Assembly: GCA_964016885.1 (NCBI GenBank)
Contig: OZ024766.1
Location: forward strand, 13,020,001 to 13,084,000
Source of the DNA: Eledone cirrhosa
Lineage: Eukaryota
Length of the DNA stretch: 64,000 bases
Direction of reading: 5' to 3'
The position numbers were made by a program, and so were the translations under genes. The notes under the pieces are model-generated. The model made no database searches, had not been told where the DNA came from, and saw only the letters and a list, made by a program, of their open reading frames with translations. Shown here one piece after another: positions 26,170-40,369 of this stretch. Positions within the stretch are counted from its first letter, which is position 1; each line of letters opens with the position of its first letter.

Positions 26170-29125
26170 ATATCATCATCATCATCATCGTTTAACGTCC
26201 ATGGTCCACGCTTGCATGGGTTTGGACGGGAGTTTTCCCACTTGAGGCAAGAGTGGTTGTCTTGCCCACATAGGACTGTCTGGCGGGTTTTCTATGGCTG
26301 GGTACCCTTCCTAACACCAACCACGTTTACAGTGTGGAACTGGGTGGTTTTTACCGTGTTACCTACATGGCCACATTACAGTGTGGACTGTGTTTTTTTG
26401 TCGTGACAACTACACAACCTCATTTATTTAGGACTGGATGTTGTGGCACCAACATAACTTTACATTGAAAGGGGCGGTGTGGATGGAGTGGGGGTGGTGG
26501 GACGGGGGTGTATTTTGTTAGAGATGCCTACTGACTGTTGAATGCCCTTCCTAACACCAACCACATTTACAGTGTGGGGCTGTGAGGTTTTTACCGTGTT
26601 TTCCTACACGGCCACATTACAGCGTGGACTGTCTGGCGGGTTTTCTACAGCTGGATGCCCTTCCTAACACCAACCACATTTACAGTGTGGGGCTGGGAGG
26701 TTTTTACCGTGTTTCCTACACGGCCACATTACAGCGTGGACTGTGTGTTTTTTTGTCGTGACACCTACACGATCTCATTTGTTTTGGCCTGGATGTTGTG
26801 GCACCAACATAACTTTACATTGAAAGGGGCGGTGTGGATGGAGTGGGGGTGGTGGGACGGGGGTGTATTTTGTTAGAGATGCCTACTGACTGTAGTAGGT
26901 TTTACTTTGTATTTAGGTAAGGCGGGTCTTCTCTATTACTGAGTACCGCCAAAGGTCTCGGTCCAGTGACATTGTCTTGGAGAGGTGTAAGTGTGTGAGG
27001 TCGGAACTTATCAGCTCGTCCCAGGTTTTTCTGGGTCTGCCTACTCCGTGGCTACCATCTATCTTTATTGCCCTGCACTTTGCTATACAGCTGTCGTCTT
27101 TCATGCGCATCACGTGACCATACCAACGTAGCCTTCTCTCGAGTAAACAACATCTGATCCCTCTTATTTCTAATTTTTTCCTTAGTTCGTTTATGCTTTG
27201 CTGTTCACGTATATTACTATTACACATCCAGTGGAGCATGCAAGCTTCGTTCCTCTCTAGTTCTGACTCTAGCTACTGTACTTTCAGAGCACCCTCCCCC
27301 ACTGCTGATTTTGTCACCCAGGTAACGGAAGCTGTCCACTATTTCTATAGAACTCTCTGCGCAATTGAAAGAGCTAGTATTTTGATGGGCACTTGCTGCT
27401 ACTTATTGCACCAGAGCACCGGCCACATGTAAAATCTGTGTTCTTAGTTAGCTTACCTGTGATCCCACTACATCTTTTATGCACCCATACTTTGCATTTG
27501 GGACATAAAAGGGAGTTTCTACCTACGCCTTTCCTACACACTGAGCATGGCCATTTCCCGGAAGGGACCGGCGCCTTATTTTCTTTCCTACAAACTAGAA
27601 CTTTAGTCTTAGCTAGGTTAATTTTAAGGTCTTTTGATTCTAGGCCGTGCTTCCATGTTTGGAATTTCTTCTCTAGCTCGGCTATTGATTCAGCTATGAG
27701 CGTTAGAGCATCTGCGTATAGGAGTTCCCATGGGCAGCCGGTCTTGAACTCCTCTGTTATAGCCTGAAGGGCAATAATAAATAGGGGGCTAAGAACAGAA
27801 CCCTGATGGACACCAACTTTTACGCTAAACTCTTCACTATATTCGTTGTTAATTCTAACCTTGCTCACTGTTTCTTTATACATGGCTTGTATAGCTCTCA
27901 CAAGCCATTCATCAACACCTAGTTTTCTAAGAGCCCACCAGATAATGGAACGGGGGACTCTGTCGAAGGCTTTCTCCAAGTCGACAAAGGCTAAGTATAG
28001 GGGTTTACTTTTAGCTAGGTACTTCTCCTGTAGTTGTGGTACAATGAAAAGAGCGTCTGTGGTACTTTTGCCTGACACAAACCCGAATTGCATTTCATCT
28101 AGATCGATTCTCTCTCTGATTAGTTGCACTATTACTTTTTCCGTGACCTTCATGACCTGGTCGATTAATTTAATGCCTCTATAGTTACTCCTATCTAGGG
28201 CGTCTCCTTTACCCTTGCATCTCAGCAACTATTTCCGAAGGCCCAGCCGCCTTACGCGTCTTCATATCTTTGATTGCCTTACTTATTATACTACCCTCGA
28301 CTAACACTGCTAGTCCCTCTATTGGGTCGATGTGGGGGAGACTGTCTTTCTCCCATTTATTCTCCTCATTTAGTAGCCTTTCGTAGTGCCCCGTCCAAGC
28401 GACCTTCTTATCAGCGTCAGTGATGGCGAGTACACGATCATCATTTAGTACACACTTCTCCCCAACAATATCACGGTTTTCCTTGACACATTGTCTAGCA
28501 ATCCTGAACACCTCACGTTTTTGGTCCTCGCGTTGTAGAACATGCTTGAACTTTCTTTCCTCTGCTTCCCTTCTTGCGAAGTACACTTGTCTCCTAGCTT
28601 CCCTCCTGGCCACTTGATAGTCTTCTCTACTTCCCCCATCCCGCCATACTTTCCAAGCCTGCTTTTTGGCCTTAATTGACTCCTCCACCTTACTGTTCCA
28701 CCACCATATTACTCTCCTCCTGCCTACAGGCCTGCTCCGGCCACAGACTTCGTCTGCCGCCATCAGCAGGTTTGCTTTCAGGAATTCCCACTGTTCCTCT
28801 ATATTGTACGACTCTAAATGCTCTTCCTTACTGTCGAAAGCATCAAGTAATATGCTTTGAAATTTATTTCTGGCTGTGGGGTCCTTTAGCTTCCATATTT
28901 TTCTCCTGAGGATAGTCCTCTTCTGCTGTCGAGTACGTCTCGTCCTGACTATGAGGTCGCTAATTATCAGTCTATGTTGGGAGGTGCATTCTTCATGGGG
29001 GAGGGATTTAGTGTTTACAACAGACACTCTGTCACGTCTTCTGGTAAGGATATAATCTACCTGGCTGGTATGATCCCCTGATCTGTAGGTGATCAAGTGA
29101 TTTTCTCGTTTTTTGAAGTTAGTGT
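26170..29125 (-). mobile_element. RTE-clade LINE, 5'-truncated (end of APE, RT, 3' UTR with internal duplication)
   Basis: Frameshifted ORF pieces 28209-29096, 27374-28228 and 26913-27239 carry APE and RT motifs; (GAT)n tail at ~26171-26190. Confidence 0.92.
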
Positions 29126-29444
29126 TACTTGTCGTTTACTTGTGATTGGTCCAAATAATAAGGTGGAGAGTGGGGGCGGGAGGGGTAGTTTGCGAGGAGC
29201 AGAATTATTTTTAGAACAACGGTGAGACAGAACAGAATTATAGAAAGCCAATTTTGAATACGATTATTTTGATTCTGGGGGATTGTAAGATATATAGATG
29301 AATGAACCGAATGTGGAGAGTTGAGAAGAAAATGAAATATGTACGTTACATTTCGTAGAAGAAAACTGAACAAGCGACCATCAATAATAGTAGACAAATT
29401 CTGGGTTTAGTCCCCCGTAACAAGACATTTATAGATGCGTATAT

Positions 29445-29475
<31 letters not shown>

Positions 29476-29572
29476 CACATGTATATATACATACATGTAT
29501 ATATATATATAGATATATATATACATGTATATATACATACATGTATATATATATATAGATATATATATATAC

Positions 29573-29611
<39 letters not shown>

Positions 29612-29665
29612 CACTAACATGTATATATATATATACATGTATATATATATACATGTATATGTATT

Positions 29666-29992
29666 CATTTTACGTCCGCTTTTACCCTGCTTGCAAGGGT
29701 GGGACGGGAACTGATTCTGGCTTGATTTCTACAGCTGGATGCCCTTCCTAACACCAACCTCATTTACAGTGAGTGCTGGGTGCTTTTTTGCCATGGCACC
29801 TCCACGACCACTTTGCAGTGGAATGATAGGGAACCCAGTCCCTATCATCTCATTTCTACAGCTGAGTAAACTGGAGCAATGTGAAATAAAGTGTCTTGCT
29901 CAAGGAAACAACACATCATCCGGTCTGAGAATTGAACTCACAACCTTTCGATTGCAAGGCCAATGCTCAAACCACTAAGCCATGTGCCTCCA
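29666..29992 (-). mobile_element. tRNA/CORE-type SINE family B with RTE-derived tail
   Basis: Reverse complement of 43368-43705. Confidence 0.85.
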
Positions 29993-30024
29993 TATATATA
30001 TATATATACATGTATATATATATG

Positions 30025-30062
<38 letters not shown>

Positions 30063-30234
30063 CATGTATATATATATATATGTATATATATATACATGTA
30101 TATATATATATATATGTATATAGATATACATGTATATATATATATGTATATATATATATACATATATATATACATGTATATCTATATACATATATATACA
30201 TGTATATATATATACATATATATATATATACATG

Positions 30235-30287
<53 letters not shown>

Positions 30288-30375
30288 GTATATAGATATA
30301 CATGTATATATATATATATATGTATATATATATACATGTATATATATATATGTATATATATATATGTATATATGA

Positions 30376-30580
30376 TCTGGAGATCTCTCTGCACCTGTCC
30401 TCACATGGTACCATGGGCCCAGCACTATGTGTCAATAATTGTCACAGGTGTAGTGTTTGTACCAGAGTTTTCAAGTCGCTGGCTGGACTAAAAAGTCGCA
30501 CTCGTTCAGCGCTTCGGTAGGGGTTCTCCTACATGGATATAAAGTAGTGGCCGTACTCGAAAACGAGTTGGCAGCCACCA
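30376..30580 (+). mobile_element. RTE (BovB-like) 3' terminal fragment
   Basis: [22 protein letters not shown] resembles the terminal C2H2 finger of BovB-like ORFs, followed by a short 3' UTR. Confidence 0.55.
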
Positions 30581-30598
30581 TATGTATATATATATATG

Positions 30599-30649
<51 letters not shown>

Positions 30650-30719
30650 GTATATATATATACACATGTATATATATATATATACACATGTATATATATA
30701 TATATACACATGTATATAT

Positions 30720-30799
<80 letters not shown>

Positions 30800-30852
30800 A
30801 TATATGTATATATATATACATGTATATATATATATGTATATATATATACATG

Positions 30853-30900
<48 letters not shown>

Positions 30901-30966
30901 TATATATGTATATATATGTATGTATATATATATATATATGTATGTATATATATATATATATGTATG

Positions 30967-31001
<35 letters not shown>

Positions 31002-31062
31002 GTATGTATATATATATATGTATGTATATATATATATGTATGTATATATATATATATGTATG

Positions 31063-31156
<94 letters not shown>

Positions 31157-31182
31157 TGTATATATATATATATATACACATG

Positions 31183-31213
<31 letters not shown>

Positions 31214-31258
31214 ATACATATATATAAACATGTATATATATATACATATATATACATG

Positions 31259-31294
<36 letters not shown>

Positions 31295-31366
31295 CATGTA
31301 TATACATGTATATATATATATACATATATATAAACATGTATATATACACATATATATATACATGTA

Positions 31367-31987
31367 TAACTTTGAATAACTTTGAAATGTTTTGGCCAGT
31401 ATTGGCCCAGGCCATGTCTAACTTAATAGCACCACCTGGCGAAGTCTTTCAATTCAGGATTTGGGCAACATGGCCCATTCGAGAAGAGAATTACTGTTTG
31501 CGGAGACATATCCGGGTGTGGGTGGTTTGTCCAGGATTACTTGGAGGAATTTGTCCAAAGACTTCTTGAATTTTGTGTGGTCAGTTTCTGTTTTGACGTG
31601 TCCTGGTGTGATGTTGAAGAGAGCAGGGCCGATTGAGGTGAAATAATTGTGCCGTATTGTTGTTATGAGTTGCGATTTAGATTTTTGTTTGGGACGGATA
31701 GCACGGGGCCCAAGCCTTGGGTGTATTTTGAAGGTGATGCCAACATCATTTGGGCAGTGCTGATGAAACATTTTCCAGATCATGCAGATAATATAACGCT
31801 CACGGCGACGTTGGAGTGAGTAAAGTTTCAGCTTTTCTAGTCGACCCCAGTAGTCAAGGTCTGACATGCCATCTATCTTTTTCGTGATTGCCCTTTGGAG
31901 AGCTTCAAGTTTCATGATACTTTGTTTCGTTTGGGGAGACCACAGTGGACAACAGTATTCAAGGTGTGGTCGGGCAAAAGTAGAGAC
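31367..31987 (-). mobile_element. CR1/Jockey-like LINE 3' fragment, near-identical to 33608-34225
   Basis: RPHLEYCCPLWSP...LYSLQRRRERY with the same 3' end as the long copy. Confidence 0.92.
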
Positions 31988-32032
31988 ATATATATATATA
32001 TATATACATGTATATATATACATGTATAAAGA

Positions 32033-32116
32033 ACCTTCTGACGAGAATCTTTCTTTGCAACGAAGGCTGTATGGTCTCCGTTTATTTTTGAGATTCGAAA
32101 CCGATTCGGTAAAGGT
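32033..32116 (+). ncRNA. Type I hammerhead ribozyme motif
   Basis: acctt CTGACGA gaatct-(40 nt)-agattc GAAA ccg-att-cgg TA aaggt: intact core and three paired stems. Confidence 0.75.
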
Positions 32117-32219
32117 AACTATAGTAAGTAAAGTTAATTTTTTTAAAATTTATTTTGAAACGTTTTCATTATTTGCTAAACCTTGATTATATATATACAT
32201 ATATATATATACATGTATA

Positions 32220-33308
<1,089 letters not shown>

Positions 33309-33465
33309 TATAATATACATGTATATATATATATATACGTATATATATATACATGTATATATATATATACATGTGTATATATATATATACATGTATATAT
33401 ATATATATACATACATGTATATATATATATATATACATGTATGTATATATATATATATATACATG

Positions 33466-33506
<41 letters not shown>

Positions 33507-33694
33507 ATATATATATACATATATATATATACATGTATATATATACATGTATGTATATATATATATATTTATATATACATGTATGTATATATATACATAT
33601 ATATATATAACTTTGAATAACTTTGAAATGTTTTGGCCAGTATTGGCCCAGGCCATGTCTAACTTAATAGCACTACCTGGCGAAGTCTTTCAAT

Positions 33695-36600
33695 TCAGGA
33701 TTTGGGCACCATGGCCCATTCGAGAAGAGAATTACTGTTTGCGGAGACATATCCGGGTGTGGGTGGTTTGTCCGGGATTACTTGGAGGAATTTGTCCAAA
33801 GACTTCTTGAATTTTGTGTGGTCAGTTTCTGTTTTGACGTGTCCTGGTGTGATGTTGAAGAGAGCAGGGCCGATTGAGGTGAAATAATTGTGCCGTATTG
33901 TTGTTATGAGTTGCGATTTAGATTTTTGAATGGGACGGATAGCACGGGGCCCAAGCCTTGGGTGTATCTTGAAGGCGATACCAACATCATTTGGGCAGTG
34001 ATGATGGAACATTTTCCACATCATGCAGATAATATAACGCTCACGGCGACGTTGGAGTGAGTAAAGTTTCAGGTTTTCTAATCGACCCCAGTAGTCAAGG
34101 TCTGACATGCCATCTATCTTTTTCGTGATTGCCCTTTGAGGAGCTTCAAGTTTCATGATACTTTGTTTCGTGTGGGGAGACCACAGTGGACAACAGTATT
34201 CAAGGTGTGGTCGGGCAAAAGTAGAGAAGAGAAGGATAATGGTGCGGGAATCTCTCGACTGGAAGGTTCTGAGGATCCAGGAACACATTCTGCGGGCCAT
34301 GTCAACTTTGCTGCTTATATGCGTGGTCCAGCTTATGTTGCTGTCCACGGTTACTCCCAAGTCTCTGATGTTGTTAGATGCCACGAGAGTTTCCCCGGAG
34401 GGAAGGGAGTACGGGAGTTTCAGAGCATCCTCTTTTCCAAAGTGGATCAGTTCGAATTTGTCTTCGTTCAGTAACATGTTGTTCTTTTCTGCCCATTGGG
34501 TAACAGCCAGTAGGTCTGACTGAAGGCCTATCCGGTCATCCACGCCATTGATGACCTTTTGGAGCTTGGAATCATCAGCGAAAATTTTAATGTTGCTGTG
34601 TTTGATGATGTCAGTGATGTCATTAATATAGATGATGAAGAGAAGTGGGCCCAACACAGTGCCTTGTGGGACCCCACTACTGACTTTGGCTGGGCTTGAT
34701 TTGACTACCTCAACTACAACATGTTGGGTTCTGTTTGACAGGAAGCTCTTGATCCACTGCAGCAGCTTTCCAGTGACACCAATATTGGACAGCTTTCTCA
34801 GTAGAATGTTATGATCAACCCTGTCAAAGGCCTTGCTGAAATCAAGGTAGATAACATCAGTGTTGGAACCCTCTCCCAAGGCTCTCAAAATGTCATCAAA
34901 GTGATGCAGTAGCTGCGTCAGGCAATCCCTTCCATTACGGAATCCATGCTGGTTGGAGTTCAGCATATTGTTACTCTCAAGGAAGTGGGTCATTCGCGAT
35001 CTCACCACTCTCTCAAATACCTTAATGATATGAGAGGTGAGTGAGATTGGACGGTAATTCACGGCAAGGGATTTGTTTCCCTTTTTGAAAACTGGGACAA
35101 CAGACTGGGATAGAAGGTTTTCTGGCACATATCCAGCATCCAGTGAGTTCCGCCACAGATTGGCAAGAGGAGATGCAAGTTGGTGTTGACACGCCTTCAA
35201 GACACAAGCAGGGAACCTATCGGGACCTACTGCTGAATTATGCTTGATTGCCTTTATTGCCGCCAAGACATCAGGGGCGCCAAACGTTATGTCCGATAAG
35301 GTGTAATGGGGAGTAACATCGCCGATACAGCCCAGATCGGCCATATCAGGATTGCTGAAAACAGAGCAGTATTGTTTCTGCAGTATCTCACCCATGGTTT
35401 TAGCATTGTCTTGAAGAGTGCCATTTTCATCAATTAGAGGGCCAACAGTAGAGCCAGTGATTTTGTGTTTTTTTGCAAATGAAAAGAACACTTTGGGATT
35501 GAGTTTGATCTTCTCAATGGCCCAGGCCTCTTCAGCTCTTCTCTGATTGTTGATGAGGGACATTATGTTGTTTTGGAGGTTATGTTTTTTAATCTCTAGT
35601 GATGAAATGGCAGTCAAGTTGATGTGTTGCTGCTGACAGTATTTCAGCTTGTTGATTTTTTTGTTCGTTCTCTTAATTTTTCTGATGAGCGTTTTTCTAT
35701 TTCTAGGGATTCTGCTCTTAGATTTGTTTATAGTTCTTAATGGGGTGTGTTTAGCACATATGTTTGTAACAGTGTCCACAAATGTCTGCCAGGACTTTTT
35801 GATGTTAGTGGGTGTATGAGTGTGCGTGAAGGACCAGTCGACATGTGCAAGATCATGACTGATCGCTTCCCAGTTTGCATTGTGGAAATCCATAGCGTCA
35901 AACGGATGGACAGGAGAGATGACATTGGGTTTGTATATTGGACGGTGGGATCACAGAGAACCATGTCATGATCAGAGAGTAGAGTTTTCTCCACTGCAAT
36001 ATTGTGGATATTGTCAGTGTGATTGCTGAAAATTAAGTCTAGGACGTTTTTGTGGCACCTCGTTGGTTCGAGCACCAGTTGGGATAGGAAGAAATCATCC
36101 ATGAAGTCAAGAAGCGATTCCACAGCTTCCCTGTCAGAGGTTGAGGCAGAAGAACCTGGTGGCAGGCTGTTTGTGGACCAGTCAACTCCGGGGAGGTTGA
36201 AGTCCCCCATCATTAAGATGTTGTCAGGGTGACACTCTTGGATGAAACACTTTATGCTGTTGAGGCATTCCTTGAAGCATGGTACAGGCGTTTGGGGTGG
36301 CCTATAGAGCCCAACTACTAATAGGTTGTTGGTTTGACTGAATACAGTGACTGCTTCACAGTATCCATTAGTGAATATGTTCATAGCCTCTGTTGAGAAA
36401 GAATTATGGACATAAATGGCAGTTCCGCCCTTTCTTCTGCCAGCGCGATCAGCACGGATGGCTTTGAAATTTTTCACTTTCACCTCGGCTTCCAAGTGGA
36501 GGTTACTGAGATGGGTTTCAGTGAGGACGAAGAAAGGGATGTAGTTTGGATGGACATCAATCCAGTCCTCCAGGAATTTGATCTTCCATTTTTGAGTATT

Positions 36601-36708
36601 GGTGGAAGGGCTGATGCCTTGGGCGTTAAGCAAAAATGTAGAGGCGAGAGTGGATGGTTTTAATTGTTTTGGTGTGTTGTTAATTTGTTTGTTTGTTAAT
36701 GGCAGCAA
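33695..36708 (-). pseudogene. LINE ORF2 (AP endonuclease + reverse transcriptase), one frameshift near 35900
   Basis: LTETH, LYRPP, MGDFN and SDH in 35737-36708; NYRPISLTS, QHGFR, YLDFSKAFD, GVPQGTVLGP and FADD in 33695-35893. Confidence 0.93.
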
Positions 36709-37700
36709 TGGGAGTTTGTGCAGTGGGGTGATAGTGGAGGGTGGTGCTGGGTGATAGCTCGAATGTTTTTTTCCAGTTCTTTTGCCAGATTCATTATGGC
36801 TAAAAAAGAGGAAGAAGTTTCCTGTTTAGAAGACTGTTGGTGACTGTGGTAGTGGTTATTTTTATGTAGGTTATGGTTTTTGTTTTTGCTTTTATTTTTA
36901 ATTTTATTTTCATTTGTCCGACGGGTCCCCGGGAGATGGGTAAAGGGACAATCCCGGTCTAAACACAATCTGTCTCGCAGGGAAAAGCCGCAGATTTGTG
37001 GATTCCTTGTTTGAGTTATTGGTGGTTGTGTTGGTGTTAAATTAGAGTATGTATTATGGTGGTGGCTGTTTGTGGGGATAGATCGTTTTGTCCTAGGTAA
37101 ATGGGTGAATTTGCAGCCACTATCCGTACATATTCTATAGCGTAGAGAGTAGCGGCAAATGATGGGGTTTCGAGTGGGTGGGTATGTGGGTGTGTGTGTT
37201 GTGAGAGGTGTAGATGATGGTTTGGGTAGGATTTGACGACCTTTGTGGACTGTGGGAGGGAGAGTTCTTGTTCTGGTATTAGAAGGTAAATTCCTTGACA
37301 TAGCAGTAGACAAAAATGTTGTAGTAGTAGTAGTAGGCAGAGATGTTGGCAGTGGTGATGATTGGACTGCTGGGCCAGAGAAAGGATGTGGCGTTTCATG
37401 CTGTGAGACAGAGGCTACTGGGGGGTCAATAGTTTCATTTAGTAGATCGGCCATTGTTGATGAATCAAGGAGTGGTTCACACTGTTGTTGTCGTTGTTGT
37501 TGTTGTTGCTGTTGTTGATGTTGTTGTTGTAGCTGTTGTTGTTGTTGCCGTTGTAGCTACTGTTGTTGTTGTTGCTGCTGCTGGACAGCATTCGAAGAGA
37601 AAACACACCGTAGTTTATCCAAATGTTTATTGATTAATTTAAAAGCAATTTCGATTTGCTTTAATTTATTTTGAATCTGTTGTTCAGATCGAGTTTTCAA
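36696..37700 (-). CDS. LINE ORF1-like protein with polyQ tract and two CCCH zinc fingers
   Basis: [19 protein letters not shown] and [19 protein letters not shown]. The frame continues upstream of ATG 37454 through a CAA/CAG tract with a single TAG at 37557-37559. Confidence 0.65.
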
Positions 37701-38037
37701 ATATATATATACATGTATATATATATATACATGTATGTATATATATACATGTATATATATATCTACATGTATATATATATACATGTATGTATATATATAT
37801 ATATATATACATGTATATATGTATGTATATATATATATATATATATACATGTATATATGTATATACATGTATGTATATATATATATATATATATACATGT
37901 ATATATATATATACATGTATATATATATATATACATGTATATATATATATACACGTATATATATACATGTATATATATATATATACATGTATATATGTAT
38001 ATATATATACATACATGTATATATATACATACGTGTA

Positions 38038-38124
<87 letters not shown>

Positions 38125-38559
38125 ATATGTATATATATATATATATACATGTATATATGTATATATATATATACATACATGTATATATATATATATACAT
38201 ACATGTATATATATACATACATGTATATATGTATATATATATATACATACATGTATATATATATATACGTGTATATATGTATATATATATATATACATAC
38301 ATGTATATATATATATATACGTGTATATATGTATATATATATATATATATACAATTATTGTATATATATATACATACATGTATATATATATACATGTATA
38401 TATATACATACATGTTAATATATATATATATATCTCCAGATATAAAGCAATGCCTGTGACGTGAAGCTTTTATAGTGAGCAAAGGCACTGCACAAAGCCA
38501 GTCCCACTCTCTTAACCAAGATGATATTTACCAAAAAGAAGAACAAGTCAACATCATTG

Positions 38560-39010
38560 GATACCATCAGGGTTGTAGGTGTTATATCAGAGTTTTCCTT
38601 CTCCTAGAATTCTGCCTTGACAAAGGCTAAGGGGTCATCTCTCCCGGTGATTTTGGATGGCCATTGACTCTTAAGAGCTCCTTTGCCCTTTGACAGGTTT
38701 TGTTTTTAGTCCTGCAGGATGTCCAAAGTCACCCTCCTCACCAAGAAACCTTGGTGGGGTTGCCAGTTTAGTCGCCAACGACCCGACCATGAGACAGGTT
38801 GTACTTGGTCTCTATGTAATGTACCCTGCTCCCCCCATTCTTCCATTCTTTCCATGCCTGTCTCTTGGCCTTAACTGCCTCATATACCTTATTGTTCCAC
38901 CACCAAGTCACTCTCCTCCTGCTTGAGGTCTTACTCCAGCCACAGACCTCATCCGTCGCCTCTAGTAAGTTATTTTTTAGGAACTCCCAGTTCTCTTCTA
39001 CATTGAATGT
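38560..39010 (-). mobile_element. RTE-like 5' UTR remnant plus RTE ORF fragment
   Basis: AGGC...CTAGGAGAAGGAAAACTCTG motif recalled from RTE 5' UTRs; 38830-39010 resembles the WWWN..V region of the 28209-29096 ORF. Confidence 0.5.
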
Positions 39011-39248
39011 CTATGAGAAATGTAAATGCTAAAGGGTTATATATTGACTTCTTTCAATAACCGGTCACCAATACTGACATTAAGGTATTCTTCTCAAAAT
39101 AAATAATATCATCATCAAAATCTCGTAGATTCCATAATATGTGATAAAGTGTTTACTGTAAAAATACAAAAGTATATATATATAAAGTAATGTAAATGCT
39201 AAAGGGTTAAATTTACTAAATTTCTGTTTGATCCTTTATTTCATCCAG

Positions 39249-39386
39249 TCTGTCCAAGCAATACTTTTGGGTCTAACTGTCAAAAGGTTTTTCATTGTGA
39301 AGAAAGTAAATACTGCAACAGAACCAATGGTGTTTGCGAAGAGGGCAACTGTGAACCAGGCTATATAGGAACTGATTGTCAAACTG
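39249..39386 (+). CDS. EGF-like repeat exon, MEGF10/11/SREC-type (phase 1-1, 138 nt)
   Basis: tcatccag|TC...ACTG|gttggt; CPSNTFGSNCQKVFHCEESKYCNRTNGVCEEGNCEPGYIGTDCQT. Confidence 0.85.
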
Positions 39387-39389
39387 GTT

Positions 39390-39800
39390 GGTTTAATACT
39401 CTTTTACGTTTACTACTAACTAGTATAACTATATTATTAATGTCTACATATGTTTATTACTCTTTTACTTTTACTACTAACTAGTATAACTATATTATTA
39501 ATGGCTACATAGGTTTATTACTCTTCACTTTTACTACTAACTAGTATAACTAAATTATTAATGACTACATAGGTGTATTACTCTTTCACTTTTACTACTA
39601 ACTAGTATAACTATATTATTAATGGCTACATAGGTTTATTACTCTTTTACTTTTACTACTAACTAGTCTAACTATATTATTAATGACTACATAGGTTTAT
39701 TACTCTATTACTTTTACTACTAACTAGTGTAACTATATTATTAATGACTACATATGTTTAATAGTCTTTTATTTCTACTTCTAACTAGTATAACTGTATT
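39390..39800. repeat. ~59-bp intronic minisatellite x~7
   Basis: TTTATTACTCTTTTACTTTTACTACTAACTAGTATAACTATATTATTAATGGCTACATAGG repeated. Confidence 0.9.
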
Positions 39801-40369
39801 ATGGCAGTATCGGTAGAGAGTCGGATGCCGTGCTTTCCAGCATAGTTATGTCCCTTTACAATCTGAGTTCAAATCCCACCGAAGTTAACTTTGCCTTTCA
39901 TCCTTACGGGGTCGATAAAATAAAGTACCAGTAATACACTGGGATAATTTCTGACCTTGTGCCTAAAGTAGAAACAATTATTATTCCTGGTAGACAGTAA
40001 TGGACCACAGGTGACAGGTTAATGTGGGTAGTAAAGTATCTCAGGAGAAAGGTAGATGTAGACAGAAGTATTTGCAAGGAAGCAAACTTGCACCTGTTCC
40101 TTACAGGACCCTCCGTCTACTTCTTTCTATCTCCACATGTACTTTATCTGGTTTTCCTAACTGTTATTTATAGTGATCAACTATTATGAAAGTCTTTTAC
40201 GTTGGAACCACTGCAAATAAATAAAATAGAATAAGAAAACATCACAGGAATATGACAAGCATAGAAATATCACTGATGATGTCACAGATGTGTGATGAAA
40301 AAACTCTGAGAAACTATATTTATATTTATATTTTTTAACTGTTGGTCAATCGATATATATAAAAATTTG

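Larger units (their letters stand above)
29440..31365. repeat. (TA)n/TACATG microsatellite field
   Basis: Directly visible. Similar fields at 32187-32343, 33310-33607, 37700-38433 and 41690-41800. Confidence 0.95.
33608..37700 (-). mobile_element. Near-full-length CR1/Jockey-like LINE
   Basis: ORF1 plus ORF2 (APE and RT), bounded by TA microsatellites; tail TTCAAAGTTA x2. Confidence 0.93.

Noticed and set aside
38740-38830. HDV-like ribozyme in the RTE-type 5' UTR (minus strand)
   Set aside because: P1-, P4- and CTAA-like pieces are visible, but P2/P3 could not be built convincingly by eye; needs a descriptor search.
40274-40312. CTGATGA...GAAA with a gtcaca/tgtgat hairpin
   Set aside because: Extra nucleotide after the core and no stem I or stem III pairing.
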